DNA of 64,000 nt, from assembly GCA_045863235.1 (NCBI GenBank), contig BTUM01000003.1, forward strand, positions 1-64,000, in the 5' to 3' direction. Below, piece by piece: positions 17,867 to 26,972 of this stretch. The stretch's first letter is position 1. Every line of letters begins with the position of its first letter. The notes below the pieces were generated by a model. It was given only the letters and a program-made list of their open reading frames with translations, was not told the origin of the DNA and did not search any database. The position numbers and the translations under genes are program-made. This stretch comes from Candidatus Xenobia bacterium (GTDB lineage: Bacteria; Vulcanimicrobiota; Xenobia; Xenobiales; QWHO01).

Positions 17867-19995
17867 AACCGCTGAAAACTCGACATGACGGGCTGGACGG
17901 GCAGAAACAGCTCCTGGCGGATCTCTTGCTCTTTGAGCGCTTGCCAGGAGTAGTCGTAGTAGGCATTGCCGCTGATGTCATAGGAAGTCTGGATACTGTG
18001 AAAGCTCCCCCGCACGTCGCCCTTGAAGCCTTCCGGCGCACGAACGTGCCGGAAGCCCCAGGGGAAGATGGCTCTACTGTTGACAGGGACCCCCGTCGGA
18101 GGAGCCACGACTCCCAGGTCGTCCCAGGTGGGCATCCCCCCGGCGGGGTAGTCGTCATTGGGACGGTCCACCACCTGACCCAGGCTGTTGAGGCGCCACT
18201 CCTCGCGGTCGCTGTGGGCGGAGACGGCAATGCCATAGAAGTGGGCATAAGGTCCGTCGCTCCAGTAGCTGCTGCTGCCGCTCGAGACCCGAAAATCGCG
18301 CGCGTTGGTAGTACCGGTGTAAAACATACTGTAGCTTTGGTCCAGACCTCTCAGCACGGACTCATAGTCATAGGGAGCATCGGCCAGATCGTGCATCCGG
18401 CCCCGGTGCACGGCCGGCTCGCCTCCGCCGGTGATGGTGCCCCTGCACAAGAGCACCAGGCGATCGTTGGTGAAGGTCACCTGATCCGGATCGGACTTGA
18501 TGGTTCGATCGGCGTAGAGCAAGCCTCCCACCACTCCGGGCGCGCCCCCGCTGGGCAGCTTGTTGCCGGGCGAATCGGCCGGGTCCTCGTGCTGGCCCAG
18601 GATGATCGTGTGCAGCCGATCAGCCTGAGGATCGAGGCTGTTGTCCGTCACGTCGTAAACCACCATGCACTTGCCGTCGACGATCCCGCGCACGAAGACG
18701 GGCGGGCCCTGACGCCGTCCATCGGCCGTGAGGTAATCAGTTCGGCTGGTGGTGAGATAGATCGTGGTCCAGCTGGTATCGCTCAGGGCGTAAGACTGCA
18801 AGGTGGCTCCGCGCTCGATGCGGTAGACGTCCACATAGTCTCCGGTGCCCGGACCAAGGTCGGCAGGATAGGGGCGGTCGGGAAAGGCCGGATCATTCCA
18901 GTCCACCTCGGCATCCAGCATGACCTGAGCGGCCGCTTGCGAGATGCCGTAGTAACGGCAGAAGAGAGAATCGATAAGGGTGGATGCATTCTCGAGGGCG
19001 TGGGCTTTATCGTACACCCGGCCCACCTGGCGGGTGGTGGCCTGACTGACGAACGCCTGGCCGCCCACGAACTCGACCAGCACGCCGCCGGCTTCGCCCG
19101 AGATGTCTACAGGCGCGGGTCCGCTTCCGGCCCGGTAGGTTTTCAAAAGCTGGTCCATGGTAGGAATCTTGGTGGTGAACTTGGCGTTGGCTTCCAGAGC
19201 GCAATCATCGGTCAGCACCACGTTCCCCTCCCATCTTCCCCCTGCGGCCAGAATGACGTGATCTTGATGCTGAAAGCTCTGGGGGGCGTAGCGGCCGTTG
19301 AGCTGGAGCGGTGCCTGGGTGTAGCCGTGATCGCTGGAGTTGCGGATGTAGATGTCGCCGGTCGCCCGGGCCTGGATGTCGAGTCGCAGGTCTCCCCCAT
19401 CGTGCTCATAGCGATGAGTCAGATCGCTCCAGTAATCCTCGTCGTGGCCGAAACTCAGATTGCCGCGGTCGCCCGAGGCCGGGTCGGCATTCACCACGAT
19501 GGGGCCGACCACCGTGCGACTGGACTTCAGTCTGAGGTCTTCAGGCACCAGGAAGAGGTAGTTCAGAAGCGGGTTGGTCATCTTCAGGATCATCTCGGTG
19601 CGGGCCACGTGGTTCCCCACACGGCCAGTGGAAATGATGGTGTAGAAGGTTCCGTTGTTGGGGTAGAGACCGGTGGCCGTGTAGTCGGCGTCGTCTACCT
19701 GCACTTCGAAGCTGCCCCCGATGACGTTGCGGGCGAACTCAGGCCCCAGGTCGACGCTTCGCAGGGGATTGCGAGTTTTGAAATACTGCGGGTCGTGGTC
19801 GCGCAGCAACGAGTAGGCCAGTTGGGCGCCGGTATCGGCCAGGGCGGTGGCGTGCACCGAGGTGACATCCAGACCCGACAAGCGCATGGATTCGGTGGCC
19901 CGGCTGAACAGCGCCCCGGCAAACAGCATGAGAACAGCCGACACCAGCAGGGTGTAAGCCAGGGCAAACGCTTTCCCGCTCTTGCCAGGTCGCAC
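17863..19995 (-). CDS. Large PilX/GspK-like minor pilin
   Basis: GKAFALAYTLL hydrophobic N-terminus, ALADTGAQLA and YTIISTGRVG motifs; 710 aa. Confidence 0.7.
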   Translation of the reverse strand: MRPGKSGKAFALAYTLLVSAVLMLFAGALFSRATESMRLSGLDVTSVHATALADTGAQLAYSLLRDHDPQYFKTRNPLRSVDLGPEFARNVIGGSFEVQVDDADYTATGLYPNNGTFYTIISTGRVGNHVARTEMILKMTNPLLNYLFLVPEDLRLKSSRTVVGPIVVNADPASGDRGNLSFGHDEDYWSDLTHRYEHDGGDLRLDIQARATGDIYIRNSSDHGYTQAPLQLNGRYAPQSFQHQDHVILAAGGRWEGNVVLTDDCALEANAKFTTKIPTMDQLLKTYRAGSGPAPVDISGEAGGVLVEFVGGQAFVSQATTRQVGRVYDKAHALENASTLIDSLFCRYYGISQAAAQVMLDAEVDWNDPAFPDRPYPADLGPGTGDYVDVYRIERGATLQSYALSDTSWTTIYLTTSRTDYLTADGRRQGPPVFVRGIVDGKCMVVYDVTDNSLDPQADRLHTIILGQHEDPADSPGNKLPSGGAPGVVGGLLYADRTIKSDPDQVTFTNDRLVLLCRGTITGGGEPAVHRGRMHDLADAPYDYESVLRGLDQSYSMFYTGTTNARDFRVSSGSSSYWSDGPYAHFYGIAVSAHSDREEWRLNSLGQVVDRPNDDYPAGGMPTWDDLGVVAPPTGVPVNSRAIFPWGFRHVRAPEGFKGDVRGSFHSIQTSYDISGNAYYDYSWQALKEQEIRQELFLPVQPVMSSFQRL

Positions 19996-20046
19996 CAGTA
20001 AATTTGTACCACATCAAGGGGACATTTCCCTCCCCGGGGGCGGCGA

Positions 20047-20787
20047 CTAACGGATCCGCGCCTTGCGCTCCTCGCGCCCGCGGCGGGGCTGGGGGCGCAG
20101 CAGCAACTGCGCCAGCAGGCCCATGGCCAGGATGGGCAGGGCCACCAGCAAGACCAGCAACCAGCGGCGGGAGCCGTCGTGGCGTTCCTTGAGATATTGT
20201 GCGTTCCAGGTGTGCAATCCCAGCCCCAACCAGCGAAACAGGCGCGACCAGAGGGTGCTGATCTTGACCACCGAGCCGTCGCGCGGCGAGCAGTAGAGCA
20301 CCAGGCTTCCAGGACCCTCCAGGGGCACCCGGTAGACGGGCAGCTCATCCTTGCGGTAATGGTCGTCGTAGGTTTTGCGCAGCTCGGGCTTACTGGCCAG
20401 CTTCCAGCGCGATCCCCCCAACTGGCCGGTGAGCTTCTCGGAGAGCTCAGCGGCGGTCAGGACCGGGGAAACGTCGGACCCGGTGCGGGCGTCCATCCCG
20501 ACCACCCGACCGTCGAGATGGCGGATTTCGTACCAGGCCCGGGCTCCGAACTGACGCAGGGTGATCGAGGCAACGGGCTCGCGCAACTCGAGCAACCGAA
20601 CCGGGGGGTCCAGGAAGGCGGCGGGATCGACCGCTACAGGCCCCAGCTTGGGGAAGTCCGGATCGAGCCATCGGGTTGCGATCGGCTCCAAGATCATCGC
20701 CATGCCGCTCACGGCCCAGAGGATCATCAGCCAGCTGGCCAGGCGTCCCAGCGTAATGTGCCAGGCGACCAGCCTCTTGTGCGTCAA
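20047..20787 (-). CDS. PepSY-associated TM helix protein
   Basis: WHITLG...WAVSG, DARTG and GLHTW motifs; TTG start overlaps the MFS stop. Confidence 0.7.
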   Translation of the reverse strand: MTHKRLVAWHITLGRLASWLMILWAVSGMAMILEPIATRWLDPDFPKLGPVAVDPAAFLDPPVRLLELREPVASITLRQFGARAWYEIRHLDGRVVGMDARTGSDVSPVLTAAELSEKLTGQLGGSRWKLASKPELRKTYDDHYRKDELPVYRVPLEGPGSLVLYCSPRDGSVVKISTLWSRLFRWLGLGLHTWNAQYLKERHDGSRRWLLVLLVALPILAMGLLAQLLLRPQPRRGREERKARIR

Positions 20788-21941
20788 CGAGCCCTCAGCA
20801 AGCGGGGCAGAGCCGGCAGGGCCAGCAGCAAGCCCAGCCCCATGCAGGCAAACAAACCCGAGAAGCCCAGGCTGACCACCAGCACGGGGGCGGCCAGATT
20901 GCCCAGGGTCTTGCCCAGACGCACTCCGCTGGCCGTCCAGGCGATTGCCTGACCGCGGCATGCGGGGGCAGCGGCCTCAGCCGAGGCGCTGTACAGACAG
21001 GGCAGGATGCCGCCCCGCAGGGCCCCCAGCAGAAAGCGCACCAGGCCCAGAACCGCCAGGCTGCCAGCCATGAGCTGAGCCAGGGTCAGGCAACCCGCCC
21101 CCACCAGGCTGAACGCCAGCACCCGGGTCGAGCCAAAGCGCTGAGCCAGCAGGCCCCACAGTGGGGTGGCCAGCATGGCGGCCAGACGCGAGCCGGTCAG
21201 GGCCACGCCCACCCAGAGGGCCCAGTTGGCGCCTCCTACCTCCTGCAGATAAACCGGCAGCACCGTGTCCTCCAGCGAGCGCCAGAGCAACACCCAGGCA
21301 GCCAGAGAAGCGGGGCCCAACCAGTTCACCCGGCTGCGAGAGCGAGGGGAAGCCGGAGCGCGGGGGGTCTCACGGGCCAGCCAGCCCACCATGGCAGCCG
21401 ACAGGGCTGCCATGACGGCCCCGGCCAGATAGAGTCCGGACGCGCCCACGGGGGCGAGCAGGAAGCTGCCCAGCAAGGGTCCCACCATGGCACCAGCCGT
21501 CACGCTGGTCTGGACCCAGGAGATGCGCTGGGCCGAGCGACGGCCGTCGGAGACCAGGGCCATGGCAGCCGGGGTCAGGCCCGCCAGGGCGCCGTGCACC
21601 ACCCGCGCCAACACCGCCTCGAGCGGGGTGCGGGCGCAGCTCATGAAGGCCAGCGCCAGAGCCATGCCCAGGTGGGCTCGCACCAGCATCTTCTTGTGCC
21701 CGATACGGTCGCCCAGCCTGCCCCACAGGGGCGTGCACAGGAGCGAGGCCAGGAAGGTGACCAGGTTGGCCAGCGCGGTCCAGCGCAAGATATCCGCGCT
21801 GCCCTGCACGCCCAGATCGGCGAAATAGGCGGGCAGGAAGACGATGCCCATCTCCAGGCCGGCAATACTGAGCAACTGACACAAACACAGGGCGTAGAAG
21901 GCCCTTACCGCCCACAGGCGACGGCGCAGCGGGCGGCTCAT
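20784..21941 (-). CDS. MFS exporter (probable siderophore export)
   Basis: WGRLGDRIGHKKM motif A, about 12 TM, coupled to the NIS synthetase gene. Confidence 0.88.
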   Translation of the reverse strand: MSRPLRRRLWAVRAFYALCLCQLLSIAGLEMGIVFLPAYFADLGVQGSADILRWTALANLVTFLASLLCTPLWGRLGDRIGHKKMLVRAHLGMALALAFMSCARTPLEAVLARVVHGALAGLTPAAMALVSDGRRSAQRISWVQTSVTAGAMVGPLLGSFLLAPVGASGLYLAGAVMAALSAAMVGWLARETPRAPASPRSRSRVNWLGPASLAAWVLLWRSLEDTVLPVYLQEVGGANWALWVGVALTGSRLAAMLATPLWGLLAQRFGSTRVLAFSLVGAGCLTLAQLMAGSLAVLGLVRFLLGALRGGILPCLYSASAEAAAPACRGQAIAWTASGVRLGKTLGNLAAPVLVVSLGFSGLFACMGLGLLLALPALPRLLRAR

Positions 21942-23605
21942 GCCAGAGGATTCTCCACCTGGCAGAAGTCGTACTGGTGCGAGCGCCCTCCCAGGCGCAT
22001 GCGGGTCAGCGCCTTGACCTCGATCCGGGGCGCGAACCAGAGCCGCTCAGCCTCGGGTCCGTAGCACCAGTGCTCGCGGAAGGCTCGGGAGGCGGCCCGC
22101 CAGAGCAGGCGCTCGTGCACCTTGTAGGTCTCGGCCAGGGCCGAGAAGACCGGGGCCAGGTGGCCTTGCAGGTAGGTATGGTGTGACTTGGCCACCAGTT
22201 CCTCGGGGGTTCGGGCGATCACCACCGAAGCCGGGTGCAGGCTGACATCCAGGCCCCTGCGGTGGAGCCAGTCGAACAGGATGCGGATACCACCCAGGTC
22301 GCGCAGTACCAGCTCGACAGGCTGACCCTGGCGCAGGCGTACGAGGCAGTTCTGACCATGAGCCTCGATGGCCACCCCGTACTCGAACAGGGCTGGCAAG
22401 AAAGTGCGGGCGGTCAGCTCGGTGTAGGCGATGGCAAAGGCCACCGGATCGCCGCCGAAAAGCTCCACCGCCTCGGCCACCAGCGCTCGGCCGTCCAGCG
22501 GATTGCGCTCCGAAAGAACGGCCACCGGGACCAACCAGGTGCCCGGCACCGGCTCGGGGGCCTGGCGGAACAACAGTGACAGGTGGCGGGCCCGGTCGAG
22601 ATCCTCGCCTTCCTGCCAGAAGTGGATGCCCCGCTCCTCGGCCTGCAGGGTCACTCCCGGGATCTGGCGCAGCAGGGCCGACAGACGGGGGCCGTTCTGG
22701 GCCGACTGAGGGCTGACCGTCCGCAGCGCGCTGGTCGACTGCACCGCCAGCGGCAGCTTGAGGTGATGGGCTCCGGGCTGATCCAACGGCACCACGGTGC
22801 GAAGCGATGCCAGGGGTGTCGCCGGGAACCGGGTCTTCAGAGCACGCAAAACGCCCCTTCGGAACTCGTCGGCAAACAACTCGGGCAGCTTGTGCTGGTA
22901 TTGCCAGGGATGCACGGCCAGCAGGTGGTAATCTTCCGGGCTCTCCAGCTCGGACTCGAGCACCTGGCGCCAGGCGGGCGGGAGGTCGGCGGGAGCGATG
23001 GCCGTGTCCACCGCGTGGTCGCGCCGCAAGGCCACGAAACGAAGATCGAGCCGGCAGCCCAGCTCCGGCGAGTAGCGCTCGAGCTCCTCAGAGCTGAAAC
23101 CGAAACGCGTCTTACAGCCGGGATGGAGCTCGTGGCCACGGAGGTTCCAGCCCTCCAGAGCCACCTCTCCCGCCGCCAGGGCGTGCTCGTGCCCCTGGGC
23201 GATCAACTCGGCAGCTCGAGCCGGAACAGCTGCCAAGAAGCGATCCAGATTGGTCGCTGACTGCTCGAGCTCAGCCTTGAGCAAGGGCCAGTTCAGCCCT
23301 GGCTCTCCCCACAAGGCGGCCAGCCGCTCGACCGCCTGCGCAGGAGTGCGCAGCTCCTCCAACCGGCCCTCACCGGCCTTGCGCAGCACGTAGGGAGGAG
23401 CGGTGCGCAGCCGGTCCAGGGCACGGCGGTGATCGACGTGAGCGAGCAGCTCGCTCTGGTCGTTCAGCTTGAGGATGGCCCGGCGGCCGTCGGCGGAAAG
23501 ACGGCGACCAGCATTCAACCCCTCTCGCCAGAGGGCGTTGAACAACCGGTCGAGTACCTCGTGGGATCCCTGTGTGATAGGTTTTGTTCGCGTCGATTTA
23601 GGCAT
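21938..23605 (-). CDS. IucA/IucC family NRPS-independent siderophore synthetase
   Basis: GHELHPGCKTR, VHPWQ, SLRTV, KLPLAVQSTSALR, EAHGQN and RDLGG motifs; start approximate. Confidence 0.93.
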   Translation of the reverse strand: MPKSTRTKPITQGSHEVLDRLFNALWREGLNAGRRLSADGRRAILKLNDQSELLAHVDHRRALDRLRTAPPYVLRKAGEGRLEELRTPAQAVERLAALWGEPGLNWPLLKAELEQSATNLDRFLAAVPARAAELIAQGHEHALAAGEVALEGWNLRGHELHPGCKTRFGFSSEELERYSPELGCRLDLRFVALRRDHAVDTAIAPADLPPAWRQVLESELESPEDYHLLAVHPWQYQHKLPELFADEFRRGVLRALKTRFPATPLASLRTVVPLDQPGAHHLKLPLAVQSTSALRTVSPQSAQNGPRLSALLRQIPGVTLQAEERGIHFWQEGEDLDRARHLSLLFRQAPEPVPGTWLVPVAVLSERNPLDGRALVAEAVELFGGDPVAFAIAYTELTARTFLPALFEYGVAIEAHGQNCLVRLRQGQPVELVLRDLGGIRILFDWLHRRGLDVSLHPASVVIARTPEELVAKSHHTYLQGHLAPVFSALAETYKVHERLLWRAASRAFREHWCYGPEAERLWFAPRIEVKALTRMRLGGRSHQYDFCQVENPLA

Positions 23606-23611
23606 ACCTAA
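23598..23611. promoter_or_regulatory. Putative DtxR/IdeR-type metal-responsive operator
   Basis: Palindrome TTAGG-CATA-CCTAA over the start of the siderophore operon. Confidence 0.5.
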
Positions 23612-23712
23612 CAGCCCATGCAAGGCAATGTTGGGAGTCTACATGAGGACGCCTAAACATGCAACCCCCCCGGCAGGTCCAGTCTTGCTCTCAAGCGAAC
23701 CGTGCGAGCGCT

Positions 23713-24240
23713 TTGAAACTGCGCATCGGCATTCTGACCATCTCCGACCGGGCCAGCCAGGGGACCTACCAGGACCGCTCCGGCCCGGCCATCCGCGAGT
23801 GGCTGGAGTGGGCTTTGTCCAACCAGTGGGAAGAGGTCTACCGGCTGATTCCGGACGACCTCGAGGGCATCGAGCAGGCGCTGATCGCTCTGTGCGACCT
23901 GGAGGGCTGCTCGCTGGTGGTCACCACCGGGGGCACCGGGCCGGCTCCCCGGGACGTCACTCCCGAGGCCACCGAGCGAGTCTGCCAGAAGATGATGCCC
24001 GGCTTCGGGGAGCAGATGCGGGCCGTATCCCTGGCCAGCGTTCCCACAGCCATCCTCTCGCGCCAGACAGCAGGCATCCGGGGCCACTGCCTGATCGTCA
24101 ACCTGCCAGGCAAGCCGGCGGCCATCCACGAGTGCCTGCGGGCGGTGTTCCAGGCAGTTCCCTACTGCGTCGATCTGATTGGCGGGGCTCGCATCGAGAC
24201 CCACGCTGACCGGGTACCGGCCTTTCGGCCCAAGCCCTGA
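23713..24240 (+). CDS. mog: Molybdopterin adenylyltransferase
   Basis: TISDRAS..Y.DRSG, TTGGTGPAPRDVTPEAT, ILSRQ, NLPGKP. Confidence 0.92.
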   Translation: MKLRIGILTISDRASQGTYQDRSGPAIREWLEWALSNQWEEVYRLIPDDLEGIEQALIALCDLEGCSLVVTTGGTGPAPRDVTPEATERVCQKMMPGFGEQMRAVSLASVPTAILSRQTAGIRGHCLIVNLPGKPAAIHECLRAVFQAVPYCVDLIGGARIETHADRVPAFRPKP

Positions 24241-24362
24241 GTGGCCAGGGTCCGAGGAATCTTTTCGAGGGGCCTGACGCACCTCCGGGACGATTGAACG
24301 GCGCGGCGCCTCTGGCGCTCGGCCCAGATTCCTGCAAACTTTCATCGCTTCTTCACTTGAAA

Positions 24363-24407
24363 ACCTGTTGCCAACCTGTTGCCAATCGGGCCCCTTCCCC
24401 TTATACT
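24363..24407 (+). promoter_or_regulatory. Sigma70-type promoter TTGCCA-N17-TATACT with tandem 11-bp repeat over the -35
   Basis: acctgttgcca x2 (24363-24384); -35 at 24379-24384, -10 at 24402-24407. Confidence 0.55.
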
Positions 24408-24529
24408 TAGCGGGGGGTGTGTCGTCACCGACCTTGGTCGGCATCCTGCGGTTTGGTTGAGCAGAGCGGGGGGAAGTGCGATGCGCTGCGGCAAGCTGCT
24501 TGAAGATTCTTGGTTGTATGTGAGGCAGG

Positions 24530-24832
24530 ATGGACTGGTTTGAACAAAAGAGTTCTCCACCGTCGCTCCGTCGACGGGGCTTAGAGATCAAGCCTGGCCT
24601 GGTTCTGCGCACCAGCCAGCAGCCCGATGGAAACTGGGCCGCCTGGGTCGAGGAAGAGGGCGCTCCGGTGGTGGCCGACAATGGCAAACCTCGACTGTTC
24701 CTGGGCGCATCCGCTTACGGGGCCCAGTGCGAAGCGATCCGCTGGCTGCGCCAGAGCGGTGCCACCTCGCCCGCTCCAGGCCCTGCTCCAGCCGCCGCCC
24801 CCCGTCGCCGACTCGGCTCGGCCACCGCCTGA
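24530..24832 (+). CDS. Hypothetical protein
   Basis: 100-aa ORF with GAGG RBS downstream of the promoter. Confidence 0.55.
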   Translation: MDWFEQKSSPPSLRRRGLEIKPGLVLRTSQQPDGNWAAWVEEEGAPVVADNGKPRLFLGASAYGAQCEAIRWLRQSGATSPAPGPAPAAAPRRRLGSATA

Positions 24833-24953
24833 GGCTGGACGAACTGTCTCCTTTGAACTAGATTAGGGGGGAAGGAGAACCGCTCCCAGGAACGGAATTC
24901 TTCTCAATACTTGGGAATTTTTCAACTTTCCCGGGTTTCAGGAGGCAAAGCAG

Positions 24954-25787
24954 GTGGGCAGCGGTTTGACAGGCGTTTTCGACTCTGGCCTGGGAGGCCT
25001 GACGGTGGCGGGTCGCATTCTCTCCGAGTTGCCCGAGTTGCCCTTGCTCTACTTTGGCGACACGGCCCACTGCCCATACGGCAACCGCACCGCCGATGAG
25101 GTATGTGCCCTGATCGACAGCATCGTAGCCTACCTGGTGGGCGAAGGGGTGGAGGCCGTGGTGATGGCCTGCAACACCTCCTCCGCGCTGGCTTACGCCC
25201 GGGTCACCAGCTGGTGCCCGGTGCCGGTGATCGGCATCATCGAGCCCGCCGCCCGGGCAGCCGGGGCGCTGACTCGCAACGGCAAGATCGGCCTCATCGC
25301 CAATCCCCTCACTGCCCGCAGCGGCGCCTACGAGCGCGCCCTGGCCCCGGCCGTGGTCGAGCTGCGCCGTCCCGAGCCGCGCGAGTTCGAGCCGCGCATC
25401 TTCCCGGTGGGCTGCCCCAAGCTGGTCCCGCTGGTCGAGGCCGGTCAGGTGAACACCCCCGAAGCCCGCGAGGCCCTCGAGGAGTATCTCGGCCCCTTGC
25501 GAGAGGAGGGCGTGGACACGCTCATCCTGGGCTGCACTCATTACCCGTTCTTCTGCCCGCTGATCCGCGAGCTGATGAGCGACGTGACCATCGTCGACCC
25601 GGCCGAGTACGCCCTGGAAGAGCTTCGCAAGCTCGGCCTGAAAGGCGTGGAATCGCCCGTGCACCGCTTCGAGGTGAGCGGCAATCCGGCCGAGTTCGAA
25701 AAGACCGGCACGCGACTCCTGGGGCGGCGGCTCAGCGGCGTGCGTCAGGTCGAGCTGGTCTCTCGGCGCGCTTCGGCCGCCAGCTGA
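24954..25787 (+). CDS. murI: Glutamate racemase
   Basis: FDSGLGG, PYG, ACNTSS and LGCTHYP motifs. Confidence 0.95.
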   Translation: MGSGLTGVFDSGLGGLTVAGRILSELPELPLLYFGDTAHCPYGNRTADEVCALIDSIVAYLVGEGVEAVVMACNTSSALAYARVTSWCPVPVIGIIEPAARAAGALTRNGKIGLIANPLTARSGAYERALAPAVVELRRPEPREFEPRIFPVGCPKLVPLVEAGQVNTPEAREALEEYLGPLREEGVDTLILGCTHYPFFCPLIRELMSDVTIVDPAEYALEELRKLGLKGVESPVHRFEVSGNPAEFEKTGTRLLGRRLSGVRQVELVSRRASAAS

Positions 25788-25804
25788 ATGAGCGATTTCC
25801 AGCG

Positions 25805-25835
25805 CCCGCCCGGCTCCAGGCTGGAACCGGGCGGG
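25805..25835. terminator. GC-rich hairpin between convergent genes
   Basis: cccgcccggctcca-ggc-tggaaccgggcggg. Confidence 0.55.
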
Positions 25836-25842
25836 TTGAAGC

Positions 25843-26835
25843 TCAAAGACCCACCGGATCCACGCCGCCCAGTTGCAGCTCCTTCTGGAGCGCTTCCTTG
25901 GCGTGGGCCGGGCAGCTCTTCATCAGATAGATGCGGGTCAGAGCCCTGTAAATGTTAGGGTTCTGAGGATCCATCTGGGACATCTCCCGGCACAGGGAGA
26001 GGGCATTGTCCACCCGCAGAAGCTGCGCGCAGACCAGCAGGTAGTCGGTATAGTCGCTGCGCTGCAGTTGGCCGCGATCGCGCTTGTCCTGGAAGGAGTC
26101 GTGCTGCTCAGCGAGCCACTTGTCCTGGGGCAACGTCATGAACAGAAACGGGTAGGGAGGCACGATGGTGGCGCCGTTGCCGGTCACCGACCAGATGTAC
26201 TTGGCCCCTTTGGTGAGAGCGTTGGCCTCATCGGTGGTGTACTTGTACTGGTTCTTGGGAGTCGTCTTGCCGAGCGTGTAGCTCAGACCGGGCGCGCCGG
26301 CCACCTGCAGATTGTAGCTGGTGACGCCGGGAGTCACTGGCCACCAGAAGCCAGGAGGCGCCGAGCTGTTCACCCAGCCGGCCAGGGCCTTCTCCTCGGC
26401 ATCATAGGCGCCGGGCGCATCAGCGTTCTCAAAGTCCTTGCTGACCAGCTTCTTGGTATACACGAACGGGCTCTCCACTCCCCCGGCCCCGAACGGGTTG
26501 CGGGCGGGATCCACCCGAATGGGGCCTCCGCTGAGCAAGCTGAGATTCTCGGGGGTCACGGTAGCCTCGCTGTCGGGCCCCATGACTTCCTGGTGGTTGT
26601 CATTGAAAAAGACGATCAGCAGCTTGGAGCCAGGGCCGGTCGTCTTGACGAAGTCTCCCGGAAAGATGGGCTCGATCCAGCGGGCCGCTTTGTAGTCAGC
26701 ATCCTGGTGCTTGACGGTGACCTGGCCCCAGACCAGGCTGATGACCGCCACCGGAGTGGTGCGGTCCTGAGCCCGGGCGGCGACTGCGAGCAGGAGAGAG
26801 AGCGCGACGACGAGCGCTCCCAGACGTTTGAGCAT
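25843..26835 (-). CDS. Exported hypothetical protein (FecR-like beta N-terminus, TPR-like C-terminus)
   Basis: Signal peptide, GGAGG RBS, GQVTV...GDFVKTTG; C-terminal helical TPR-like segment. Confidence 0.65.
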   Translation of the reverse strand: MLKRLGALVVALSLLLAVAARAQDRTTPVAVISLVWGQVTVKHQDADYKAARWIEPIFPGDFVKTTGPGSKLLIVFFNDNHQEVMGPDSEATVTPENLSLLSGGPIRVDPARNPFGAGGVESPFVYTKKLVSKDFENADAPGAYDAEEKALAGWVNSSAPPGFWWPVTPGVTSYNLQVAGAPGLSYTLGKTTPKNQYKYTTDEANALTKGAKYIWSVTGNGATIVPPYPFLFMTLPQDKWLAEQHDSFQDKRDRGQLQRSDYTDYLLVCAQLLRVDNALSLCREMSQMDPQNPNIYRALTRIYLMKSCPAHAKEALQKELQLGGVDPVGL

Positions 26836-26972
26836 GGGTGATTCCTCCGTATGACTGTGGTCCTCTCGCGACCCCGGCGAGCAGGCTGAGATTGGCGTTT
26901 CTCCAGGGGCCTGCGCGCTTCGAGGAGGATGAAAAATTCCTCCTGCTGATCAGGAATCGGTCCGCCCCGACG

